The translations under genes and the position numbers were made by a program. From assembly GCA_964522035.1 (NCBI GenBank), contig CAZFUG010000002.1, positions 22,265 through 65,647 of the forward strand: DNA of 43,383 bases, read 5' to 3'. How positions within the stretch are numbered: the first letter of the stretch is position 1; every line of letters begins with the position of its first letter. Below the pieces are notes generated by a model, which saw nothing but the letters and a program-made list of their open reading frames with translations, ran no database searches and was not told the origin of the DNA. Shown here piece by piece: positions 32,183 through 40,880 of this stretch. The stretch is from an uncultured bacterium. GTDB taxonomy: Bacteria > Muiribacteriota > Ozemobacteria > Ozemobacterales > Ozemobacteraceae.

Positions 32183-33979
32183 ATGAAAACACACAGAATC
32201 CTTACTCAGATATTTTTTCTGGTTGCCTGTGCATGGTTGATAATGACCTTTGCCGGGTGTTCCAGTTCTAATTCTTTATCATCAGTGAACCCAGCCGCTG
32301 CCGACCCTGAAACCTCAATCAACAGAGGCGATGCTACTGCAAGCGAAACGACCGGGTTGAAGCTGGCTCCGGTTGTGAATATCTTTGCTTCAAAAACCAT
32401 CGTTGGGCCAATGAGCGAAATCGATCTGCGCGCCGAAGCCGTCGATCCGGCCGGCGGTCAGGTGACCATAGCCTGGCAGGCCACCAGCGGCACAATCATC
32501 AATACCAGTGGCAGCAACGCCATCTGGAAAGCTCCGGCCCAGACTTCCAGCAACAAGATTGTCTGCATAGCTACCGATGTTCGCGGCACTTCAACCAAAG
32601 CCGAAGTGACCGTAGAGGTAATCGGTAATGCCGTATATCGCCTGATAATCAATGCCGACCGCTCGTCACTGCTGACCAGCCGCGTTACCTCCGACCCTGC
32701 CAGCCCATTTGTTCCGGTTGCCGGCGCCCGCGTGTCGGTCGATGGTTTTGCCGATGCAGGCGTTTCTGACTCTTCCGGTGCGGTTGAATTCAATCTTGAC
32801 CAGAGCACTGCCGTAGCCTCGAGCGCAAAAGTTACCGTCAACTACTACGACTGGGAAGCCTCATTTGTAGCTAACCTTGTTGTTCCTGAAGGTATGCGTA
32901 TCGTTGATAACCTGACCTTTTACCCCGGCTACGACAGCGTCACCGTCGCAATTGCCCGTGGCGACTCATTTCAGCTCAAACGCGGCATGCTTGAGGTAAC
33001 GGCCGTCGAACTTTCTGCCGGCGTGCTTAAGCCGGTTGCCGAAGTTCAGGTCGATGCCGGCGCGGCTCAGGCAGTTTCTGCCCAGACTGACGGCAGAGCC
33101 CTGGTTTCATCGAATACCACCGGTAACTCAGAAGTTCTGTTGCGCCTTGCCAGATCCGGCTACCAGACAATCGAAGGCTATAACGTGCCGATAGCGATCG
33201 ACGGTCTGACGCTGGTGCGTGCCAGAATGGCAAAAGCGGGTGCTATGCCTGATTCACAGGCAGTAATTTCATTCGTCAGACCATATAACGGCCAGACAGC
33301 CTTTGCCGTTACCGCTCCATTCGTGATTGGCTTCGGTCAGCCCATGGAAAAAAGCACTATTTTCGACAACGTCAATCTGATGATCGAAAACAAGAATACC
33401 GGCTCGCTTCTGTCGATTTCTGGCCCCGAAATTCTGCGCAAGTTCAAGGTTGAGTGGGTGGGTGACACTCTACTGAAACTATACCCCAATTTCATGCTGC
33501 GCCCGGTAACCCGCTACAGCCTTCTTGTCAGTCGCTGGGAGGCCAGGGCTGCCGATGGCCGCATGCTTAAAAATTATTCAGGCATGTATGGCGAATTCGT
33601 TACCGATATCGATCCGGCCCCGTCTATTGTTGCCACCAGCCCGAAAAACGGTGACACCGCTGTGGGCCGCAACGGGCCGTTCACCATTACTTTTGACCGC
33701 CCGATGAATACAGCATCTTTATACAGCAATCTGCAGATCGAAATCACCAGCCTTGACTCAAACGCAAAGCTCACCGTCGATGGCAGCACCCTGAAAAGCC
33801 ACTTCTCAGTAACCTGGAAAGACGGCAACCGCGTGCTCGAACTGGTGCCTTACCGCATGCTGCGCGCCAACGCCTCTTACCTGATCAGACTGAATAAATC
33901 TGGTCTTGTATCTGAGTCTGGAAAAGCCATCTCCGGTTTTGCCAATCTCTGGGGCCAGTTCAAGACCTCAGGCCTGTGA
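32183..33979 (+). CDS. Large lipoprotein with Ig-like (SbsA/Big_5-type) and carboxypeptidase-regulatory-like domains
   Basis: The ATG at 32183 follows GGAGG (32173-32177). Signal peptide and lipobox TFAGC. SPKNGDTAVGRNGPFTITFDRPMNTASL and RPYNGQTAFAVTAPFVIGFGQPMEKS match the Big_5 pattern (P..G.t.v...i.i.F..pm). ARVSVDGFADAGVSDSSGAVEFNL is CarboxypepD_reg-like. Confidence 0.75.
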   Translation: MKTHRILTQIFFLVACAWLIMTFAGCSSSNSLSSVNPAAADPETSINRGDATASETTGLKLAPVVNIFASKTIVGPMSEIDLRAEAVDPAGGQVTIAWQATSGTIINTSGSNAIWKAPAQTSSNKIVCIATDVRGTSTKAEVTVEVIGNAVYRLIINADRSSLLTSRVTSDPASPFVPVAGARVSVDGFADAGVSDSSGAVEFNLDQSTAVASSAKVTVNYYDWEASFVANLVVPEGMRIVDNLTFYPGYDSVTVAIARGDSFQLKRGMLEVTAVELSAGVLKPVAEVQVDAGAAQAVSAQTDGRALVSSNTTGNSEVLLRLARSGYQTIEGYNVPIAIDGLTLVRARMAKAGAMPDSQAVISFVRPYNGQTAFAVTAPFVIGFGQPMEKSTIFDNVNLMIENKNTGSLLSISGPEILRKFKVEWVGDTLLKLYPNFMLRPVTRYSLLVSRWEARAADGRMLKNYSGMYGEFVTDIDPAPSIVATSPKNGDTAVGRNGPFTITFDRPMNTASLYSNLQIEITSLDSNAKLTVDGSTLKSHFSVTWKDGNRVLELVPYRMLRANASYLIRLNKSGLVSESGKAISGFANLWGQFKTSGL

Positions 33980-34026
33980 TTCTTTCACAGACCTGAAACT
34001 GGGCCGGGCCATTGCCCCGGTTGATC

Positions 34027-35355
34027 TCAGATGCCAGTGCGCATGATTGCCGTCGGCAGTGTGTCGATGATGATTATCAGGTCGAGCAGTATCGACATGT
34101 TTTCTATGTAGAACAGGTCATACTCGATGTGATGATGAATCGGCAGATTCTCTGACCTTGCGTAAACCTGCCAGAGACCGGTTATGCCCGGCTTGACCTT
34201 GAGCCGCTGTCGTTCAAGGGCAGTGTATTTTCTGGTTATGAATGGCATTTCGGGTCGAGGCCCTACCAGACTCATTTCGCCGCGCAGAACATTGAGCAGT
34301 TGCGGCAGTTCATCGATCCCGGTGGCCCGCAGAAATCGGCCAATGCGGGTGATTCTCGGGTCGGCCCGTTCGCGTGGAGTTTCGGCATAAGGGTCGGCCG
34401 ACTGCTGCATGGTGCGGAACTTGAAAATGTCGAATTCAACACCATTGAGACCATTCCGCCGCTGCCTGAAAAAAACCGGCCCGGGCGAATCAAATTTCAC
34501 GAGAACTGCGGTTATCAGAAAAATCGGCGAGAAAAGCAGAAGCGCCAGCGCTGCGCCGGTAAAGTCGATAAGCCGCTTGGCGAACATGCCGGCCCTGCGG
34601 CCATTTGGTGAGCTCATGCTGAGCATAACCATGCCGTCGAAGAAAAAGCCCTGCAGGTTGCGCAGATAAAGATTCGCGAATGAAGGAACCAGATGCACGG
34701 TCATATCCTGGTTCACTGCTGATTCGCGAAGTTGCCAGATGAACTCGTATTCGGCCTGATCACGAAAAAGAAACAGATCGTCGATGCTCTGGCACCTTAA
34801 AAATTCCATAAGTTCGTTGTCGTTTTTTGCCGGACAATCGACGAGTTTCAGGCCGCATCCTGGGTTATTGCCAATGCGCTGCTGCAGAAACGAACTGCTC
34901 GCAGAACTGCCATACAGGCACGCAGTTCGATTGCCTGTTCCTGAGGCGTAAAGATGCCCGAGTATTTTGTGGGCAATCTGGCGCGCAAGATTACCGCTGA
35001 AAACCAGCAGGATGCCGGAAAAAATAACGATCAGACGCGAATAATCGTAATGCTTGTAGAGAAATGTCGCCGACATCACCATAAAGACCAGCATGATCGA
35101 GGCTTTGTAGTGAAACAGCAGTTCGTCGATCTTGAAAATTGCCGGTTTACGACGATATGCACCGGCTGCCGCGGCCATAAGATGCCAGAGTAACAGTGCT
35201 ACACCGAGCAGCAGCCAGTATTGCCCAGGATTCTGCAGGTATTCGTCAACTTTGAAAAAGCTCGACAGCCTTAGCTGATAGGCCAGAAAGCCGGAAACCA
35301 CAATGGCAATGCTGTCCGCGGTTCCGAATACAAGCAATGGCAGCAGATTTTTCAT
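34027..35355 (-). CDS. Polyprenyl-phosphate glycosyl-1-phosphate transferase (WbaP/EpsL-like initiating sugar transferase)
   Basis: N-terminal TM bundle. C-terminal bacterial sugar transferase domain: KRLIDFTGAALALLLFSPIFLITAVLVKFDSPGPVFFRQRRNG...FKFRTM...DELPQLLNVLRGEMSLVGPRP. Confidence 0.9.
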   Translation of the reverse strand: MKNLLPLLVFGTADSIAIVVSGFLAYQLRLSSFFKVDEYLQNPGQYWLLLGVALLLWHLMAAAAGAYRRKPAIFKIDELLFHYKASIMLVFMVMSATFLYKHYDYSRLIVIFSGILLVFSGNLARQIAHKILGHLYASGTGNRTACLYGSSASSSFLQQRIGNNPGCGLKLVDCPAKNDNELMEFLRCQSIDDLFLFRDQAEYEFIWQLRESAVNQDMTVHLVPSFANLYLRNLQGFFFDGMVMLSMSSPNGRRAGMFAKRLIDFTGAALALLLFSPIFLITAVLVKFDSPGPVFFRQRRNGLNGVEFDIFKFRTMQQSADPYAETPRERADPRITRIGRFLRATGIDELPQLLNVLRGEMSLVGPRPEMPFITRKYTALERQRLKVKPGITGLWQVYARSENLPIHHHIEYDLFYIENMSILLDLIIIIDTLPTAIMRTGI

Positions 35356-35361
35356 ACAGAA

Positions 35362-36285
35362 CTACGAATTTCGGCCTGATTTCCAGTCTGAAACGAAGAG
35401 AAAGAACCTGTACCAGACGAAAGCAACCAGCACCGAAATCAGCGTTGCGGCAACCACATAACCGACTCTGAATTCAAAACCCGGCGTTGCTTTATCACTG
35501 CCGGCTTCAGATTTGGCACTTTTCTGCGCATTGCCGGATGCCCTGCTGTCATTAGAAACAGCAGAAGAAGCGGCGGTCGAAGTGCTGGCCAGGTCACCAT
35601 TCGGAGATTTGACAATCTTTACCTCCGGCGGTTCACTTCTGGCAGCTGTTTTTGTCTTTGCAGCCTCTGCCGATACTGCTTTGGCCGCAGTTTCGACTTT
35701 CGCCCGCTCCGGCGCGACAGCCTCGGTTGTCGGAGCTTCTTCGCCCGAAATCACTCTGGCGGTTGGCTCTGGCTTGTCTGCATGCCTGATTGCCGAAGTT
35801 GCATGTCTGAGCTCAGGAACTTCATCACTTTTCAGCGGTCTCTGCGGTGCGATTTTAGGTGGCTGTTGTGCTGGTGCCGGGCTGTAGGTCTTTACGCCCG
35901 AGGCCGTTTCTTTTCTGAAGCTGATCAGGTCAGCGAGATCTTCACAGAAATCTTCGAGTTCCTCGAGTTTTTCATTCGAAAAATTAAGTTTTGAAACCTT
36001 CTGTGAATTGCCGACCGGAACAAAGGTCAGCTGTACGCCCACCGGCCGCTGAAAATACTCGATCTCATGTATATCTTTTCTGGCCAGCATGGCAATCAGA
36101 GGTTCCTTGCCGGTCTCGCGGGTGTGAAAAACTATCGAGTGGCTCGTAAGGATCAGCCAGACCTGGCCACTTGCAGAAGTTTTGTTGCCAAAAGGCGAAA
36201 GTGCCTTCAATACCGTTTCTTCCGGTGCAAGGTAGATGCTTATGTCCTGGCGGATATCTTCAGGCAGGCTGGCCGGGGCGTTCAT
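35362..36285 (-). CDS. Tail-anchored membrane protein with an N-terminal bacterial PH-like domain and an Ala/Glu/Pro/Ser-rich disordered middle
   Basis: LAPEETVLKALSPF...QVWLILTSHSIVFHTRE...IAMLARKDIHEIEYFQRPVGVQLTF looks bPH/GRAM-like. A low-complexity region of ~150 aa follows. A single C-terminal TM helix (YVVAATLISVLVAFVWYRFFLFV). No family firmly recognised. Confidence 0.6.
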   Translation of the reverse strand: MNAPASLPEDIRQDISIYLAPEETVLKALSPFGNKTSASGQVWLILTSHSIVFHTRETGKEPLIAMLARKDIHEIEYFQRPVGVQLTFVPVGNSQKVSKLNFSNEKLEELEDFCEDLADLISFRKETASGVKTYSPAPAQQPPKIAPQRPLKSDEVPELRHATSAIRHADKPEPTARVISGEEAPTTEAVAPERAKVETAAKAVSAEAAKTKTAARSEPPEVKIVKSPNGDLASTSTAASSAVSNDSRASGNAQKSAKSEAGSDKATPGFEFRVGYVVAATLISVLVAFVWYRFFLFVSDWKSGRNS

Positions 36286-36288
36286 CGA

Positions 36289-36846
36289 TCATTCCTCCTG
36301 ATCGTCATTTCCATCTTCTTCGCCTTCTTCTTCATCTTCTCGGTTAAGCATGGTATCTGCCTGAAAAAGAAGGTTCTGTACGAAGGCTCCGAAATCTTCA
36401 GGAGCGAATGCGTCAAATGGCAGACGGGTCTGAATGATCAGCAGATCCTTCATTTCCTGCTCTTCATCGTCATCGTCTTCAAAAATCAGGTCTTCACCCT
36501 CATCAGCAAAGGCGACTTCTTCGTCGTTTTCATCTTTCGGCGGCTTTGCCGGGTATTTTACGACGCTGAAATTTGCATTGATGAGCTCGGCATTCATTTC
36601 AAGAATCCCAAGCAGTTCTTCACGACTGCTGTCAGTGATGTCCTTCAGATGCAGACCGACCGAAACGGTTCTTACATTGAGGGTCTCTTCGTTCTCTTCG
36701 ATACCAAGATAGCCGCTGATCGAGTCTTCGATCAGAAAGGTCCAGAGAACCCCGATTTCATTATCGTCGAGAAGCACACATTCATAGCTCGAGCACTCTT
36801 CCGCCATGACTTCTTCAATTCTTACGGCAAAATCTGCAGGTTCCAT
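36289..36846 (-). CDS. Highly acidic YbjN/T3SS-chaperone-like protein
   Basis: The ATG at 36846 (MEPADFAVRIEE...) has an AAAGGA RBS 5 nt upstream; the track's TTG at 36876 is less likely. The pattern ...VLWTFLIEDSISGYLGIEE...LLGILEMNAELINANFSVVKY...LLIIQTRLPFDAFAPEDFGAFVQNLLFQADTM resembles the YbjN/CesT-like fold. It carries inserted Asp/Glu runs and an acidic tail (EDEEEGEEDGNDDQEE). Confidence 0.5.
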   Translation of the reverse strand: MEPADFAVRIEEVMAEECSSYECVLLDDNEIGVLWTFLIEDSISGYLGIEENEETLNVRTVSVGLHLKDITDSSREELLGILEMNAELINANFSVVKYPAKPPKDENDEEVAFADEGEDLIFEDDDDEEQEMKDLLIIQTRLPFDAFAPEDFGAFVQNLLFQADTMLNREDEEEGEEDGNDDQEE

Positions 36847-36986
36847 AGTTTTCCTTTCACGGGCAGGTGGTTGCAATATATCACTCTTTTGTCAGTACAT
36901 AAACCCGCCATTTTTTTTGCCTTTGGTGACTGACGGGTCAGGTATGCTATAATCGCGGTCAAATTCATGACAGGGAAGGTGCGATT

Positions 36987-38507
36987 TTGTCTGAATCAGA
37001 CACACTATCATTGAATAACTCATCAGACACAGTTGTCTGGCAGAACAGATTCTTCTGGCTGACCGGTCTGCTGATCGCTTTTCGCCTGTTTCTGTCGCTC
37101 TACCTCGATTTGACTCCTGACGAAAGCTATTACTGGGAGTTGTCGCGCCGCCTCGACTGGTCGTATTTCGATCACCCGCCGCTGGTAGCCTGGCTGATCG
37201 CTCTTTTTCGCCTGCTGCCGGGGGAAAGCCCCCTCGAAGTTCGTCTTATTTCGATACTTGGTTCAGCCTTCGTTGGCTGGTGCCTGTTCGCTGTCGGAAG
37301 AGACTGTCTGAAAAATGCCGCCGCCGGCTTCATTGCCGCACTGATGGTGAACTTTACGCCCGCCGGAGCTGCTCTCGGTTTCGTCACTACCCCGGACACT
37401 CCTCTGGCAATCGCCTGGGCGGCCGGCATGCTGGCCTTCTGCCATGCCATTAACGATGAGAAACCCGTCTGGTGGGTGCTGACCGGTGTGGCGCTTGGTC
37501 TGGGAGCTCTGGGCAAATATAACATGATCATGTTTGTGCCCGGTGTCGCAATTACCATTCTCGGATTCAGCCGCTATCGCCAGCTCGTCGCAACCAGACG
37601 CTACTGGTTCATGGTTCTGCTGGCAGCAGCCGGCACTCTGCCGATAATTTACTGGAACCTCAATCACGACTGGATCTCTTTCAAATTTCAGTTCGATCAT
37701 GGTTTGAGCGCCAATACCCGTTCACTTGGCCGCAATGTCGGCGAATATCTCGGCGGCCAACTTGGCACCGTCGGCCTGACGCTTTTCCCGGTTATCTGGT
37801 GGATCGTCTGCCAGCAGGCTTTTCAGGCATATCGCCGCAATGATGAAGTGCGCTTTTTTCTTGCCTGGCTGGCACTGCCGAGCATGCTTTTCTTTACCTG
37901 GACAGGTCTCAAGTCTAAAGTCGAGGCCAACTGGCCACAGGTTGCTTACCTGAGTGCTTTTCTGCTCGTCGCCGAATGGCTGAGTGCCGGCATTGCCGCC
38001 GGTTCGTGGCGGCGTTTCAAATGGGTCGCCGGGCCATCGCTGCTGCTGGCGGTAATTGCTCTCGCTCAGAGCATTACTTTGCTGCTGCCGCTGCCGGTCA
38101 GATCTGATGTCACTGTGCGCATGCACGGCTGGAAACAGATGGGCGAATTTGTACGCCGGGTTGACGCAGAAACCGGGCGAAAACGCCTGTTTGTCGTTCA
38201 GGGAACCACTCTGACAACGCTGGTTGGTTATTATGGCGGTATTGAACCGGAGCGTCTGATCGAGCTCTATGTCAACGGTAATTTCAGGGTCTGGTGGCGC
38301 GGAAAAACGCTGCCGCCCGGTAGCGATGTCGTTTTTGTCGATGCCGACCACCACCCGGAATCGGCTTTCTTTGGCGGGAAATTCTCAAAAACCGCTTCTG
38401 AATCTCTCGATATTTATTCATGCGGCCGGAAGATTCGCCGAATCAACATTACCCGCATGGATGGCCTGCTGCAGCCTCACGAATTCATACCATACAAGGT
38501 GTTTTGA
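36987..38507 (+). CDS. GT-C fold glycosyltransferase (ArnT/PMT_2, GT39/GT83-like)
   Basis: TTG start with a GGAAGGTG RBS. LTPDESYYWELSRRLDWSYFDHPPLVAWLIALF is the characteristic first periplasmic loop (DE/YYW...DHPP) of ArnT-like enzymes. About 11 TM helices and a C-terminal soluble domain. Confidence 0.85.
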   Translation: MSESDTLSLNNSSDTVVWQNRFFWLTGLLIAFRLFLSLYLDLTPDESYYWELSRRLDWSYFDHPPLVAWLIALFRLLPGESPLEVRLISILGSAFVGWCLFAVGRDCLKNAAAGFIAALMVNFTPAGAALGFVTTPDTPLAIAWAAGMLAFCHAINDEKPVWWVLTGVALGLGALGKYNMIMFVPGVAITILGFSRYRQLVATRRYWFMVLLAAAGTLPIIYWNLNHDWISFKFQFDHGLSANTRSLGRNVGEYLGGQLGTVGLTLFPVIWWIVCQQAFQAYRRNDEVRFFLAWLALPSMLFFTWTGLKSKVEANWPQVAYLSAFLLVAEWLSAGIAAGSWRRFKWVAGPSLLLAVIALAQSITLLLPLPVRSDVTVRMHGWKQMGEFVRRVDAETGRKRLFVVQGTTLTTLVGYYGGIEPERLIELYVNGNFRVWWRGKTLPPGSDVVFVDADHHPESAFFGGKFSKTASESLDIYSCGRKIRRINITRMDGLLQPHEFIPYKVF

Positions 38508-38509
38508 TT

Positions 38510-39733
38510 ATGAAACCAGATACAATGCGAAAAATCGATGCTACAGTCGGGCCGGTTCTCTGTGCGGCTTTGAGTTTGCGTCGCTGGTTGATCGACCGGT
38601 TCATGCCACGCAAAGGCGGCGCCCTGAATGGCGTAAAAAGAATGCTGTTCGTCAAACCGGCTGAAATGGGCAGTACGATTCTGATGTATCCGATGCTGCG
38701 ACGGGCTCAGGAGCTCTGGCCGGGCGTCGAGTTTCATTTTCTCGTTTTTGCCGAGAACACTGCTGCGGTTAATATGCTTGGTCTGGTGCCTGAAGCCAAT
38801 ATTCACACCATCAGAACGACTGATATGCAGACCTTTGTTAAAGATTCTTTAGCAGTTCTGTTCAAACTGCACTTCATGCGCTTTGATGTGGCCCTCGATC
38901 TTGAATTCTTTTCGCGGGCCTCGGCTATCCTTACCGAGCTTTCAGGGGCAGCTGCAACCTGCGGTTTCAATCGCTATACCATGGAAGGCATGTACAAGGG
39001 CAGTTTCTTCTCGCATCCGGTGCAATACAACTGCCATATTCACACTGCCCAGACTTTTCTCAGCATGATCGAAGCTCTGAATCAGCCATCAGGTCAGGTG
39101 CCTCTCGTTAAAGCACCGGTTAAGCCGCTTGAACAGCTGGAACTTGCGAAGCTCGTCACTTCGCCCGATGAAAAAGCACAGGTGCGCCGACTCGTCTCTG
39201 AACATTGTCAGGCCGTGAACGAGCAGTCTCGCCTGGTCATTCTCAATGCCAATTCGAGCGATCTGGTGCCGCTGCGGCGCTGGCCCCTCGAAAACTTTAT
39301 TGAACTCGGTCGCCGCCTCCTGGCCGATGAAAACGTTGTTATCGTTCTTACCGGCGTTAAGTCTGAAAGGACTGAATCAGAACACGTGCAGGCTTCACTC
39401 GGCAGCGTCCGGGTGGCGAATCTGGTCGGGCAGACTTCCCTCAGACAGCTGCTGGTGCTTTATTCGCTCTGTGATCTGATGGTTACCAATGACAGCGGCC
39501 CTTCGCACTTCGCGTCGCTGACTGATCTGCAGGTAATAACTCTTTTCGGGCCCGAGACCCCGAAGCTTTACGGTGCTCTTGGCAGAAACAAGGTCGCCAT
39601 TGCCTCTGATCTGGCCTGTTCGCCTTGTGTAAGTTCCTATAATCATCGCGCTACAGCCTGCAATAGCAATTTGTGCATGCGCGCGATCACAGTTGACCGT
39701 GTTTTCTCGGCCTGCAGGGAATTTTTGATCTGA
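38510..39733 (+). CDS. Glycosyltransferase family 9 (heptosyltransferase-like)
   Basis: The track ORF starts at 38420 inside the upstream gene. The ATG at 38510 (MKPDTMRKIDA...) lies 2 nt after the GT-C stop. LVILNANSSDLVPLRRWPLENFIELGRRL...VVIVLTG...LVGQTSLRQLLVLYSLCDLMVTNDSGPSHFASL is the GT9 signature. Confidence 0.85.
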   Translation: MKPDTMRKIDATVGPVLCAALSLRRWLIDRFMPRKGGALNGVKRMLFVKPAEMGSTILMYPMLRRAQELWPGVEFHFLVFAENTAAVNMLGLVPEANIHTIRTTDMQTFVKDSLAVLFKLHFMRFDVALDLEFFSRASAILTELSGAAATCGFNRYTMEGMYKGSFFSHPVQYNCHIHTAQTFLSMIEALNQPSGQVPLVKAPVKPLEQLELAKLVTSPDEKAQVRRLVSEHCQAVNEQSRLVILNANSSDLVPLRRWPLENFIELGRRLLADENVVIVLTGVKSERTESEHVQASLGSVRVANLVGQTSLRQLLVLYSLCDLMVTNDSGPSHFASLTDLQVITLFGPETPKLYGALGRNKVAIASDLACSPCVSSYNHRATACNSNLCMRAITVDRVFSACREFLI

Positions 39734-39758
39734 TAAACTGAATGCGGGAGGTTTTCTG

Positions 39759-40316
39759 ATGGCACCTAAGGTCGTTGTTTTTATGGCTCAGGGCTTTGAA
39801 GAAATGGAACTGACGATCACCGTCGACGTTCTGCGGCGTGCCGGCGTCGAGGCTGTTATTGCCGGCATTGTCACAGAGATCGGGCCGATTACTGGCTCGC
39901 GGGGCATAAAAATGCTGCCCGATACGACTGTTGACAAGGTAGATCCGCAGCAGTTCGACATGGCTGTGCTTCCCGGCGGCATCGAGGGCACAAAAAATCT
40001 TGCCGAGAGCGAAAAGGTGCTGCAGTTGCTGAAGACGATGCACAAGGCCGGAAAGAAGCTTGCTGCCATCTGCGCTGCACCGGCAGTTCTGGTTAAGGCC
40101 GGACTGCTGAAAGATCGCCGGGCGACCTCACACCCGGCTGCTGCAGGCCACATGCAGGGAGCCTGCTATTGCGAAGACCGGGTTGTCGTAGACGGCAACA
40201 TAACGACATCACGCGCTGCCGGAACGACTTTTGAGTTCGCCTTCGCGCTTGTAGAACAACTGATAAGCCATGCTGCAGTTGCAGAAGTAAACAAAGGCGT
40301 TCTCGCAAAAATTTAA
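39759..40316 (+). CDS. DJ-1/PfpI/YajL-family protein
   Basis: KVVVFMAQGFEEMELTITVDVLRRAG. Nucleophile elbow KKLAAICAAPAVL. 185 aa. Confidence 0.9.
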   Translation: MAPKVVVFMAQGFEEMELTITVDVLRRAGVEAVIAGIVTEIGPITGSRGIKMLPDTTVDKVDPQQFDMAVLPGGIEGTKNLAESEKVLQLLKTMHKAGKKLAAICAAPAVLVKAGLLKDRRATSHPAAAGHMQGACYCEDRVVVDGNITTSRAAGTTFEFAFALVEQLISHAAVAEVNKGVLAKI

Positions 40317-40318
40317 AA

Positions 40319-40352
40319 GCAGATATTGCCATGAAAGGTGGCAAATATCTGC
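40319..40352. terminator. Bidirectional terminator between convergent DJ-1 and zinc-ribbon genes
   Basis: gcagatattgcc (40319-40330) / ggcaaatatctgc (40340-40352): a 12-bp stem with one bulged A and a 9-nt loop. On the minus strand it is followed by TTTTAAATTTTT. Confidence 0.55.
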
Positions 40353-40426
40353 CTCGATAATTCAAAACAGGTTTCTGACATACACCTGGCGCAATAACTG
40401 AGCGCCAGATGCGCCTGAATGTTTTG

Positions 40427-40705
40427 TCAGTGCGCCGGTGGTGTGTCTGATGGCTTTTCGTATTTCTCGTTCATTTTGAGATTGATGTATTTGGCGTTCA
40501 GGCTGTCACCCAGATAGGCATTCAGGGTTTTGGCCGAGGTCACCAGGTCCATATAGTTGGGCACCTTGACGTCTTTGCCGCACAGGCTGCAGAACATCTC
40601 GCCGGCCTTTTCCTCGACAGAGGTGTGGCTGACCTTCATCACATTGCGGCAGTTGGCGCATTCAACGGTAAAATAAAAAACCAGTTTATCGATTCGATCA
40701 AGCAT
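40427..40705 (-). CDS. Small zinc-ribbon protein (92 aa), function unknown
   Basis: CANC (VECANCRN) and CSLC (FCSLCGKD) lie 24 residues apart, forming a four-Cys ribbon. No family recognised. Confidence 0.55.
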   Translation of the reverse strand: MLDRIDKLVFYFTVECANCRNVMKVSHTSVEEKAGEMFCSLCGKDVKVPNYMDLVTSAKTLNAYLGDSLNAKYINLKMNEKYEKPSDTPPAH

Positions 40706-40880
40706 TTTGCAGTTTCCTTAATCAATGAATTCTGACACGTATTTTATCACCATCAGCACTTTTAATAAACAATTTTCCCAGAAGTCTCTTTAACGCATCG
40801 CCTGTTGAAAGCTGCAACAGCAAGACTTTTCGGTTTGCAGCCAGACTGATGTATCTTGGGTTTGGCCAATCCGGTTGAAT

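Noticed and set aside
36067-36933. 288-aa plus-strand ORF
   Set aside because: It is antisense to the YbjN-like and bPH genes, Phe/Ile/Lys-rich because it mirrors Asp/Glu codons, and spans their intergenic junction. It has no RBS.
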